Assembly: GCA_964016885.1 (NCBI GenBank)
Contig: OZ024746.1
Location: 64,232,001-64,296,000 of the forward strand
Origin: Eledone cirrhosa
Taxonomy: Eukaryota
Direction of reading: 5' to 3'
DNA length: 64,000 nucleotides
Shown here: positions 38,835-51,194 of the stretch, piece after piece
How positions within the stretch are numbered: position 1 is the stretch's first letter
How the letters are laid out: each line of letters opens with the position of its first letter
Made by a program: the position numbers and the translations under genes
Notes under the pieces: generated by a model
Database searches by the model: none
Seen by the model: only the letters and a program-made list of their open reading frames with translations
What the model was told of the DNA's origin: nothing

Positions 38835-39228
38835 GGCGGTGAATTGGCAGTATCAGTGGAGAGTCAGACGCCATGCTTTCCAGCATAGTTACGTCCCTTT
38901 ATGGTCTGAGTTCAAATCCCGCCGAGGTTGACTTTGCCTTTCATCCTTACGGGGTCGATAAAATAAAGTACCAGTAATGCACTGGGTAATTGCTGGCCTT
39001 GTGCCTAAAGTAGAAACAATTATTAATCCTTTCCAAGGGCGGTGGATTGGCAATATCGGTAGAGGGTCTGACGCCATGCTTTGCAGCAAAGAGTTATAGC
39101 CCTTTGTGGTCTGAGTTTAAATCTTGCCAAGGTTAACTTTGCCTTTCATCCTTACGGGGAGGTCGATAAAATAAAGTACCAGTAATGTACTGGGTAATTG
39201 CTAGCCTTGTGCCAAAAGTAGAAACAAT
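38835..39228 (+). mobile_element. Two MetaSINE-like copies at one target
   Basis: Target attattaatccttt present three times (~38820, ~39019, ~39227). Confidence 0.88.
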
Positions 39229-41301
39229 TATTAATCCTTTCATTACCAAACATTTAATGAAAATCACTACCTATGATTTGGGAAATATATAATTTGGATG
39301 GATGTAATAAAACTAACTTTCTCATTATTAAGCTGGTGTTTGGAGTATATTAAAAAAAATTCTTACATAGAATTAGATGTAAGCACTTAAAAATCAATAG
39401 TTTTGCATGTAAGATTTATGGTTAAGTTTTGGTGTCAAAAGGGTTAATTGAAATATTTCACTTTGGGAAATAAAGTAAAAACCTAATGGTAAATGTTACT
39501 AACTCACAAAGTAAAAGGAAGATAATTTCAAAACATTCAGAATTAATCTCTCAAATTCAATTTTCACTCAAGCAATATTCAGCATTCACATTTGTGATAT
39601 TTTATTACTATTGAAGTCCATTCAATACAATATGAAAAAAAAAAAAAACTGTAAAATTGCTGCTGGATTTGATATCAAACAGCAACAGAGAGATCTGACA
39701 AATGAAGATATGATATCTATTCAAATCAAGAAATTTTAAAAAGGTTTATACAGGAATTTTGAAATTTAAATCTTCACAAAAATAAGAAACATTTGAAGTG
39801 TAAATATTTGGACAGTAAGCACAAACAGAGTCATGTGGTTAAGATGGTTGCTTTGCAGTATGTTTCACTATGTGATACTTGAAAAACTATCAGCTCGGCA
39901 TTTATTAGTTTCAGATAATTGTTTCTACTTTTGGCACAAGGCCAGCAATTACCCAGTACATTACTGGTACTTTATTTTATCGACGCCGTAAGGATGAAAG
40001 GCAAAGTTGACCTCTGCTGGATTTGAACTCAGAAGATAATGTTCTGTGGTCATGCTGAAGAAAATATATGTTCTGATTAAATAAAGTACTGTTAACATAT
40101 TTAATAAATGAAATATCATAATTGTTTCCAGTTTTGTAGTTAGGAAAAAATAAGTCAGTGATATTTTAAATATTTCTGTATTGGTTTCTATGGCTGGATG
40201 CCCTTCCTAACATCAACCACATTACAGTGTGGACTGGGTGCTTTTAATCATAGCACCAAAATGACCATCTAACAGGGTGGACTGGGTTCTTTTTATTGCG
40301 GAACCAAAATGAATATCTGAGAGGGTGGACTGGCTGCTTTTTCTCTTGTCTCCAAAATGACTACCTTCAAAGCTTCGGAAATATTGATGGAAAATTAAAA
40401 ATTGGCTTGTAATCAAATAAAAACAGTATACATTTATTCTTTTCAGCTATACATAGATTGTATATTCTTTAGTATAGTAGCAAAATCTTAAAGTAGTGGC
40501 CTATGCAGAAATAACTTTAAAAATTTATAATTACAGTGTAAAGAAAGACCTAATTTTTCTATATTGAGAACAAACACTGACAGACTGTCCTAGATTTTGC
40601 AAAAAACTCTCTTGTACAAAATGGAATATTCTTGAGTTCTACACTCAATGGGTCTGCATATTATTTACCTGTGTTATAGCCCTGCTATTTGTACACATTG
40701 TTCAATGAAGCAAATTTTGAAAGTTTGATATGTAACTGAGTTACAAATCATAATGCTTATTTTGCTTGTCTTTTGACAGATTGAAAAAACTTGACAGAGT
40801 ATGGGATCCCTGTACAATAATTATAGGCCCACAATGCTCTACAACTGATGGGCCCACAGATGAATTTTACCAGAGCCCACACATAAGCAAATCCTGTCCT
40901 AATACTCAACATTTTCTGTACAATAAGATTAACGTACGAAAAATGAGTGAGAAAGGATAACTGCAGTGAAATTTGTGTATATTTTATTGAAACAAGGATC
41001 CCTAGTGATAAATACAAGAAAACAAGAAAAAGGTGTTTTGTTTGAACATTACTACAATGTGCAGTTTTTTATACGTCCTCATATTTTGGCATAAAATCCT
41101 TTCATCACAAATTTAATAGAAGAAACTAGTTCAGAGCTGAATATTTTTGTCACTCTTAAGCTGTCATTTAAAAAAAAAATATAACAATCTATAATAAACT
41201 GCACTGTAACATCCTAACACCATTGTTATATATTTAATATTTACCATCCAATTTACATTGTGGAAGCCTTCAAACAAAACACTATTTACTACATTTTACA
41301 C

Positions 41302-41510
41302 CAGGCATGTCAAACATGCAGCCTACACACAGCCACATGCAACCCATTACAAGTACACCTGCAGCCCCCCCAAAGGTTTTTATAGCGTGGTTATGTTTTA
41401 ATCTTCGTAAAATTAGTTGTAATATGTGCAATTAGTTGTCGTGTGTGGCCCTCAGACAACACATATGTGATCCATGTGGCCCTCGGAGGACCCTCAGTTT
41501 GACATGACTG
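41302..41510. mobile_element. hAT-type MITE
   Basis: TIR caggcatgtcaaac / gtttgacatgactg; 8-bp TSD ttttacac/ctttacac. Confidence 0.85.
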
Positions 41511-42933
41511 CTTTACACAATGCTTCCAACAAACTACAACACTCTCTTAGCAATATAATTCTATTCAAACATGTTAAAACATGTAACAGTGTTTTTTTAA
41601 GGAAAGCAACCCTTTTGAAAATTTGAAGAACATTTTATTCAACCCTTGATAAGATATATAATAATTTTTGTAGTTGTTGTTATTTGGCCCCAGGATAAGC
41701 TTAATTGATCAGACCTCTAAACCAGTTGTATCTGGCCAGAATTCTGTCACCTATTTCTGTTCAAACTGGCCACAAGCATCCACTCATACTGACATTAAGG
41801 TATTGTTCGGAAAATAATACAATAGTAAATATAGAGTAATGTAAATACTGAAGGGTTAAGATTTAAATGAATAATCAATCATGTTTAACTAGATATTGAG
41901 CTGGCTGTTTAATAAATACAGCTTAGCACAAGTAGCCAACATATTAAATTTGATCAGTGAACTACTTGTCAGTCTTGAATATGTCCTTTAAAATATTAGC
42001 TAGCTGGATTTAGTCATTTCTCAATCTTTTCAAAACATTTGCAAAAGTAATTGTTGCTCAAAATTGCATTTTCAAGAATTTGTTATACATATTCGATAAA
42101 TTACATATTCGATATATTTGTAAAGTGAAAATTTTGTGAAAGTAGGATATCTGATATGAATTGGGTCAATTTATGTTCACAATTTCCAAAATACACAGGT
42201 TTATAAACACAAAAACAAAATTAGGAAAAAAAAAAACCCATCTTGCCAAATTGTATTTCATTTCTACCAAATAAAACATGTTGCCAAGATCTTAAAAATA
42301 CAATCAGTTTTTTTCAATAGTGTTAAACCATATTTCAATAGTGTTAAATCATATTTCCCGGCGCTGAAGATGCTTCATCCTTAAGGATGCACCCTAATTT
42401 TGACAACCAAAAATTTGAAAAAAATAATAAACAACCTTTGGCCACCAGAGCGCATGGTAGATTTTTGAGACTTATTTTAGGAAAAAAGTAACATCTTAAC
42501 GCCGGCAAATTCAGTGTATGTGTGTATATATATATGAGAGTGTTAAAGTTTGCTTGAAGCATTGCGGAATATGAAAAATAGTCATTTTGGAAGCCTCAAC
42601 AATGCAGATAGGTAAATCTCCGGGTAACAAAATCAGGTGGTATTGAGCTGAGTGAATAATAATGAAAACTGCAGCCTTCGGCCTCCAGGATGCATGGTAG
42701 ATTTTTGAGACTTATTTTAGGAAAGAGTAACATCTTCAATGCTGGGAAATACAGTATACTGTACAACCAAATCGTTTAACGTCTATCTTCCACGCTAGCA
42801 TGGGTTTAGATGGGTTTATATACATATACATACATACATATATACATGCATACATATATATATGTATACACACATATAGATATATATACATATATATTAT
42901 ATGTATGTATATACATATATATTATATACATGC

Positions 42934-42977
<44 letters not shown>

Positions 42978-42987
42978 TTATATGTAT

Positions 42988-43910
42988 ATCATCATCATCA
43001 CCGTTTAACATCCATTTTTCCACGCTAGCATGGGCTAGACGAGTTGTCCTGTTATGCCAGGTCAGGTGACCATGTCTTTCTCATACAGAACTGATTCTGG
43101 CTTGGTTTCTACAGCTGGATGCCCTTCCTAACACCAATCTTATTTACAGTCAGTACTGGGTGCTTTTTGTTATGACACCTTTACTGTGTGGGCAGAGTGC
43201 TTTTTGCCATGTTGCCATCACGACCACTTTACAGTGTGGGCTAGAGACATCACTAGATGCATGCTTCAGCCTGTTCTCATGGGAGATGTATCAAAGGGTG
43301 GGTCGGTGCATATTACATATAGGCTTCAGCTTCAGCCTGTACCTGTGGGAAGACTGGTTTTCTGTATTACTGTATAATGCCAGTGATTTCAGTCCTGTGT
43401 CATCATCTTTGAGAGGTGCAATTGGGCAAGGTCAGCTTTTATCACTTCATCCCAGATCTTCCTGGGTCTCCCCACTCCAAGGCTTCCATCGACTTTGAGC
43501 ACTCTGCGCCTTTTTATACAGCTGTCATCCTTCATACGCATCACATGTCCATACCAATGCATCTCCTCTCTTGCACACTGCATCTGATTCCTCTTATGCC
43601 CAGTTTCTCTCTCAGTTCATTTATGCTTTGCTTTCGTGTATTACTATTACTATTACGGGGTCGATAAAATAAAGTACCAGTAATGCACTGGGTAATTGCT
43701 GGCCTTGTGCCTAAAGTAGAAACAACTATTACTATTACACATCCATCGGAGCATGCAAGCTTCATTTCTTTCTAATATATGCAAGTCTTCTGCAGAGAGC
43801 GCCCAGGTATCACTACCATGTAACATTCCCGTTTGTATGGACGCATCATACAGTCTACCTTTCATTTTAAGGGAAAAATCTTTTGTAGCTAGCAGTGGTA
43901 GTAGATACTG
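42988..43910 (-). mobile_element. RTE LINE 3' fragment (duplicated at ~47884-48727 on +)
   Basis: LPLLATKDFSLKMKGRLYDA..WYGHVMRMKDD..GRPRKIWDEVIK, plus 3' UTR and (gat)n. Confidence 0.9.
43657..43724 (+). mobile_element. 5'-truncated SINE present only in the left arm
   Basis: 14-bp TSD actattactattac (43643-43656 / 43725-43738); empty site in the right arm at ~48057-48075. Confidence 0.9.
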
Positions 43911-43913
43911 ATT

Positions 43914-44510
43914 ATCCAAGATCCTTGGAGAGAATAATACATTTTCCTGTCATCTCTAAAGCTCAACAGAATGCATGGCTAGAAGAACTTTTCAAAAATT
44001 GTTTTACTCAATGATTTCTGCCAACACTTTGACTCAATTTATGATGCTAAATATGCCTTTTACTATGATAACTCTAGGGATCATCCCATTGAACAGAAGT
44101 TAATCGATCACTTCTCTCATCCAACCAATAACCCATGGATTTTTCCAGAATTTCAAATGTCATTAAAGAAAAAACATTATAAAGCAATTAATCAACAACA
44201 AAGTTTCTATTCTTGATTTCCAATTCCAGTTTAAAATTAAAGATGCATTATTTGTAAATCTGTTAAATCTGCCACTCATTTGAAAGAATGACTAAAATTT
44301 TGGCTTGGTTTAATGTTGGACGGTTTAATTTCTTGTGATGAAGGGCATTTTGACAGTTTTAATGTCAAGCAAAGCAACGTCCATATAAAATCTATCGAAC
44401 ATAAAGATATCAATGAGATTGCACTTGATAACAATATTGAATTAACCCATAGCTTTTCATATCAAGACATTATCAACAGTTGGTTAATCCTGAAAATTGA
44501 TATTCAGTAA
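43914..44510 (+). pseudogene. Decayed ~199-codon ORF of unknown origin (second copy at 47284-47880 on -)
   Basis: A single frame reads protein-like with scattered stops: ..VLLNDFCQHFDSIYDAKYAFYYDNSRDHPIEQKLIDHF..RCIICKSVKSATHLKE*LKFWLGLMLDG..KIDIQ*. Confidence 0.5.
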
Positions 44511-45708
44511 TTCATTCCAACATAGATAATAATGGAAATGAAACAATTATAAAAGTATCTGGGCTTATCTGTTCAGTCATGCATAGATACAAGGACTTAG
44601 TGTTCAGTCATACATAGATACAATTCTTTTTTATTAACATAATCCAGGTATTTCTGTGTGACAAATTATGCAAGCACATATACTTAAAAATGCAATGATC
44701 AGTGCAAAACAGAAGTCAATGAAACAAAACAACATTAGAAAATTCTAACAGAAATCCATTGAATAAACTATATATACAGATCAAATGCTCATGTTAAAGA
44801 ATTTAAATTAGCTTTTGGAATTCGGTTTAATGTAAGAATGTGTTTCTTTTATTTGAAAATGCTCTTTTAACTTTCAAATATTAGACTTGTTTATTTTATT
44901 TCAGTGCAATTACCACATAATAAACATGTATTTATTATCAAATACTTGTGATGTAAGATTTAAACTATTTTTGTATGCATTTTCAAAATGATTTTTTTAA
45001 TATAATTTTAAAAGTACCCCTCCCCCGCTCAAAAATAAAAATTGCTTACTGTGCATTCAAGCAGCTAAGAAAGAGATATTTATTATTATTCTGTATTTTT
45101 ATTTCTTGTGTCCTTTTTATTTACATAATAAATGCATTTAATAAAATTCATAAGAATGTCATCACAAATCTGTGAGGTTGCTTAAATCAAAGTGGAGGCC
45201 TCATCGTGGTTGCTTGATTTTCTAAAAATAGTAGCCAAATAACCCCCCACCCACCACACACATACACACATTATTTTAGAAAACGACCTTGACTAATATG
45301 GTTCTGTGTTCCTTGCACATAGAAAAAAGATGGGATTGTCATGGCTGGAATATGTTTGATTGTAAGTCTACTCTACAAGAGCTTACTTGAAGTTAAACAA
45401 CAACAACAAGAACACCACAAGGCAGATGGTTATTTGAGAAGTTTACGAAACTCTAGATGAATCTTAAGAGGTTTCCTCTCAGTAAGCCAATAAACATTTT
45501 CAGTCTTCATTCATGAAATATTCTCATAGTTAATGAATGACTTGTTTATTTGCCAAATCAACAAGAGTTGTGTGGCATAATTCCGATAAAGAAAGATGAC
45601 ACATTGACACATTTTTGTTTCAAATGTTGTTTCTAAATGTATATCAATTACCAAAGTTTTCTTTTTTTTCTGATTATATTATACGCCACAACAAATTCTA
45701 TAATATTG

Positions 45709-45931
45709 GTTTCTTATATAGGCACAAGGCCAGTGATTTTGGGGGAGGGGAAAGTCGATTAAATCGACCCCAGTGCGTGACTGGTACTTTATTTTATCGA
45801 CCCCATGAGGATGAAAGGCAAAGTTAACTTCAGCGGGATTTGAACTCAGATCATAAAGGTCCGTAACTCTTTGCTGTAAAGTATAGCGTCCGACTCTCTA
45901 CCGATACTGCCAATCCACCGCCCTATAGAAA
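45709..45931 (-). mobile_element. MetaSINE-like copy
   Basis: 16-bp TSD aaattctataatattg (45693-45708 / 45932-45947). Confidence 0.9.
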
Positions 45932-46582
45932 AAATTCTATAATATTGAAAAGATGGGATATCCACGTTTTTCCAAACGGCATTATGAACATAGTGAAAAG
46001 AAAACAAATTCCACTGTCAGCTTACCCTTTGCTCTATAAAATTCATCAGAATACCACTGAATGCTATTTACTTTAAAACGGTGGTGAAATGGCAGAAATG
46101 AAAAATGACACTATACTATTTGCCTCTATTATTTACACACGTTTTTGTTCTGAGTTGAAATCCTGTTGGGAATCAGTTTTTCTACTTTATGGATCTTATA
46201 AAAAGTCCATCATAAAATATATATTAATTGTTGTAGTTGTTTTTATTTGGCCACAGGACAAGCTTGATAGATCAGATCTATGGTTAAACGTGTTCTAGTT
46301 GTGATCTTGGCTTATTTGCATTATGCATGTAGAATTACTGTATATATTCGAATATAAGCCAATTTGAATATAAGCTGACCCCATTTTACCATCGATTTTT
46401 TTTTGTCACATATTTCTCGGAATATACTAATGTATAGAATAGTAAGTGTTGTTTCACTGCTAGCCTACCATGATCAAACAAATGTATGATAAACAGAAAT
46501 TCTGCTGTGACCATCTTATCTTTTTCAGAGTATCTAAGAGGACAATATCAAATGTGTCTTTTTTTGTTTAAGTCCCTGACAA

Positions 46583-48736
46583 TTGACTTAAGCAACCTCA
46601 CAGATTTGTGATGACATTCTTATGGATTTTCAGTTGTCTAAGAAGTTTTATTAAATGCATTTATTATGTAAATAAAAAGGACACAAGAAATAAAAATACA
46701 GAATAATAATAAATATCTCTTTCTTAGCTGCTTGAATGCATAGTAAGCAATTTTTATTTTTGAGCGGGGGAGGGGTACTTTTAAAATTATATTAAAAAAA
46801 TCATTTTGAAAATGCATACAAAAATAGTTTAAATCTTACATCACAAGTATTTGATAATAAATACATGTTTATTATGTGGTAATTGCACTGAAATAAAATA
46901 AACAAGTCTAATATTTGAAAGTTAAAAGAGCATTTTCAAATAAAAGAAACACATTCTTACATTAAACCGAATTCCAAAAGCTAAAAGCTAATTTAAATTC
47001 TTTAACATGAGCATTTGATCTGTATATATAGTTTATTCAATGGATTTGTGTTAGAATTTTCTAATGTTGTTTTGTTTCATTACTTCCGTTTTGCACTGAT
47101 CATTGCATTTTTAAGTATATGTGCTTGCATAATTTGTCGCACAGAAATACCTGGATTATGTTAAAAAAAAAGAATTGTATGTATGACTGAACACTAAGTC
47201 CTTGTATCTATGCATGACTGAACAGATAAGCCCAGATACTTTTATAATTGTTTCATTTCCATTATTATCTATGTTGGAATGAATTACTGAATATCAATTT
47301 TCAAGATTAACCAACTGTTGATAATGTCTTGATATGAAAAACTATGGGTTAATTCAATATTGTTATCAAGTGCAATCTCATTGATATCTTTATGTTCGAT
47401 AGATTTTATATGGACGTTGCTTTGCTTGACATTAAAACTGTCAAAATGCCCTTCATCACAAGAAATTAAACCGTCCAACATTAAACCAAGCCAAAATTTT
47501 AGTCATTCTTTCAAATGAGTGGCAGATTTAACAGATTTACAAATAATGCATCTTTAATTTTAAACTGGAATTGGAAATTAAGAATAGAAACTTTGTTGTT
47601 GATTAATTGTTTTATAATGTTTTTTTCTTTAATGACATTTGAAATTCTGGAAACATCCATGGGTTATTGGTTGTATGAGAGAAGTGATCGATTAACTTCT
47701 GTTCAATGGGATGATCCCTAGAGTTATCATAGTAAAAGGCATATTTAGCATCATAAATTGAGTCAAAGTGTTGGCAGAAATCATTGAGTAAAAAATTTTT
47801 TTGAAAAGTTCATCTAGCCATGCATTCTGTTGAGCTTTAGAGATGACAGGAAAATGTATTATTCTCTCCAAGGATCTTGGATAATCAGTATCTACTACCA
47901 CTGCTAGCTACAAAAGATTTTTCCCTTAAAATGAAAGGTAGACTGTATGATGCGTCCATACAAACGGAATGTTACATGGTAGTGAGACCTGGGTGCTCTC
48001 TGCAGAAGACTTGCATATATTGGAAAAAAAATGAAGCTTGCATGCTCCGATGGATGTGTAATAGTAATAGTAATACATGAAAGCAAAGCATAAATGAACT
48101 GAGAGAGAAACTGGGCATAAGAGGAATCAGATGCAGTGTGCAAGAGAGGAGATGCATTGGTATGGACATGTGATGCGTATGAAGGATGACACCTGTATAA
48201 AAAGGCGCAGAGTGCTCAAAGTCGATGGAAGCCTTGGAGTGGGGAGACCCAGTAAGATCTGGGATGAAGTAATAAAAGCTGACCTTGCCCAATTGCACCT
48301 CTCAAAGATGATGACACAGGACTGAAATCACTGGCATTATACAGTAATACAGAAAACCAGTCTTCCCACAGGTACAGGCTGAAGCTGAAGCCTATATGTA
48401 ATATGCACCGACCCACCCTTTGATACATCTCCCATGAGAACAGGCTGAAGCATGCATCTAGTGATGTCTCTAGCCCACACTGTAAAGTGGTTGTGATGGC
48501 AACATGGCAAAAAGCACTCTGCCCACACAGTAAAGGTGTCATAACAAAAAGCACCCAGTACTGACTGTAAATAAGATTGGTGTTAGGAAGGGCATCCAGC
48601 TGTAGAAACCAAGCCAGAATCAGTTCTGTATGAGAAAGACATGGTCACCTGACCTGGCATAACAGGACAACTCGTCTAGCCCATGCTAGCGTGGAAAAAT
48701 GGATGTTAAACGGTGATGATGATGATATACATATAA

Positions 48737-48767
<31 letters not shown>

Positions 48768-48933
48768 CATGCATGTATATAATATATATGTATATACATA
48801 CATATAATATATATGTATATATATCTATATGTGTGTATACATATATATATGTATGCATGTATATATGTATGTATGTATATGTATATAAACCCATCTAAAC
48901 CCATGCTAGCGTGGAAGATAGACGTTAAACGAT
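46583..48933 (-). repeat. Right arm of 2.4-kb inverted duplication
   Basis: Matches the left arm; spacer 45191-46582. Confidence 0.95.
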
Positions 48934-48977
48934 GATGATGATATATGTATGTATATATGTATGTATATATATATGTG

Positions 48978-49023
<46 letters not shown>

Positions 49024-49206
49024 AGTATGTAGTGTTTGTCCAGTGTTTTCAAGTCGCTGGCTGGACTAAAAGTCACACTTGTTTAGCGCATCGGTAGGGG
49101 TTCTCCTACATGGATATAAAGTAGTGGGCGTACTCGAAAACGAGTTGGCAGCCAGCATGTATATATATATATATGTGTGTGTATGTATGTATGTATATAT
49201 ATATCT

Positions 49207-49617
49207 TGGAGAGATGACCCCTTAGCCTTTGTCAAGGTAGAATTCTAGGAGAAGGAAAACTCTGATATAACACCTGCAACCCTGATGGTATCCAATGATG
49301 TTGACTTGTTCTTCTTTTTGGTAAATATCATCTTGGCTAAGAGACTGGAACTGGCTTTGTGCAGTGCCTTTGCTCACTATAAAAGCTTCACGGCACAGGC
49401 ATTGCTTTGTATCTGGAGATCTCTCTGCACTTGTCATCACATGGTGCCACGGGCCCAGTACTATGTGTCAATAATTGTCACAGGTGTAGTGTTTGTACCA
49501 GAGTTTTCAAGTCGCTGGCTGGACTAAAAAGTCACACTTGTTTAGCGCATCGGTAGGGGTTCTCCTACATTGATATAAAGTAGTGGCCGTACTCGAAAAC
49601 GAGTTGGCAGCCACCAT
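49207..49617 (+). mobile_element. Nin-like SINE copy; an extra 3'-end fragment lies at 49028-49158
   Basis: Matches 36550-36895. 5' extension ggagaaggaaaactctg..acctgc is shared with 57088-57397. Confidence 0.65.
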
Positions 49618-49790
49618 ATAAGTATGTATATGTTTGTATGTATGTATATAAGTATGCATATGTTTGTATGTATATATATATGTATGTATATGTGTGTATC
49701 ATCATCATTTTCGTTTAACGTGTGCATATGTGTGTATATATATATGTATGTATATGTGTGTTTACATATATATATATGGATGTATATGTA

Positions 49791-49848
<58 letters not shown>

Positions 49849-50312
49849 TATACATATATATATATATAAAAAATATAAGTATATATAAGTATATGAAGCC
49901 ACTGTAGTCAGTAATCTAGAAAAAATATTAGCATATTTCTAATGTAGTTCAAAAGAAAGTGTGACACCATTTAATTTGCCAAGATTGAACCATTCCTTTT
50001 CAGCTAAACATTGGATGATAAAAGCATGATCTCTTTTATTATTAGTTAATTAAGATATTTATCTGTTTACAATGTGTATAGTACATTAAGGATATGCAGA
50101 AATATGCCACTGAGTTCGTTCAGAACTTAAAAACAACCAAAGTCTATTTGAATTTGAATCTATGTTTTAAAATCCATGTAGTAAAGAAAGTCCAAGTTCA
50201 ATTTCATAGTGCAGCAATTTGAATGGCTGAAAGCTTGAAACATTTTGAACACAGTTAAAGTCACCTTAGGGCCAGGTGGTGTTGTTAAACTAAGTAATAT
50301 ATTAAGTCTACT

Positions 50313-50615
50313 GGTAGCGAATTGGCAGAGTTGTTAGAACGTCGGATAGAATGCTTTGTTATTCGTTACCAATCTCTGTGCTCTGAGTTCAAATCCCGCC
50401 AACTTTGCCTTTCATTATTTCGAGGTCGATAAAAAAAGTACCAGTTTAGTACTGGGGTTGATTCTTTCTCTATATTTCTTTCTCATTTCTTCTCTCTCAT
50501 TTTCTATCTGCTGTACTTAGGCCTGGAGAGGGATAGGCTCCACCAAGCTTAAAATGCCGAAGAAATGCTGTATGTCAATATGGTGCCCCTACGACTCTAT
50601 CAGGAGTTACAGGAC
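50313..50615 (+). mobile_element. MetaSINE-like subfamily with long tail
   Basis: tRNA head, gcctttcat..ggtcgataaa core, tail shared with 12775-13105. Confidence 0.7.
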
Positions 50616-51155
50616 CATACATACATTAGATCTACCACCAAAGTTGGTCACAGTGGGATTTCAATTCAGAATGCAAAGAAACAGAACAAATACCATAAGG
50701 TACCTTGTTGAATTCTTTAACAATTCTAACAATCTGCTGATTTTCATTTGTACTTTATTTTATCACTCCTGAACAGAAGAAAGGCAAAGTTGACCTTTGT
50801 AGGATTTGAACTCAGAGTGCAAAGAGCCAGAATAAACACTGCAAGGCATTTTTTTTATTTTCAATGGCTCTAACAATTCTGCCAATTTGCTGCTTTGGAG
50901 TTCTATTTAGAGATAGTTACTCATATATAATGTAGCAATATAATCTGGTTTGTGTTGGTGAAAGAAACTGGAACAAGGACAGGGCATTTCTCAATGACAT
51001 GACACTATGACTTAGTTTTGACCTTATGACCATTTGGTAAATTGTCCAATATATATATATGTATGTTCATTAAAAACAACTTATATATATATTTATACGT
51101 CTGTATATATATATATATGTATACACACACACACACAGACACATATATATATATA

Positions 51156-51193
<38 letters not shown>

Positions 51194-51194
<1 letters not shown>

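Larger units (their letters stand above)
42771..45190 (+). repeat. Left arm of 2.4-kb inverted duplication
   Basis: Reverse complement of 46583-48933. Identical ORF pairs 44313..44510(+)/47284..47481(-) and near-identical 43160..43498/48216..48554. Confidence 0.95.

Noticed and set aside
40757-41017. Overlapping ORFs on both strands
   Set aside because: Short, with no motifs; more likely an old repeat remnant.
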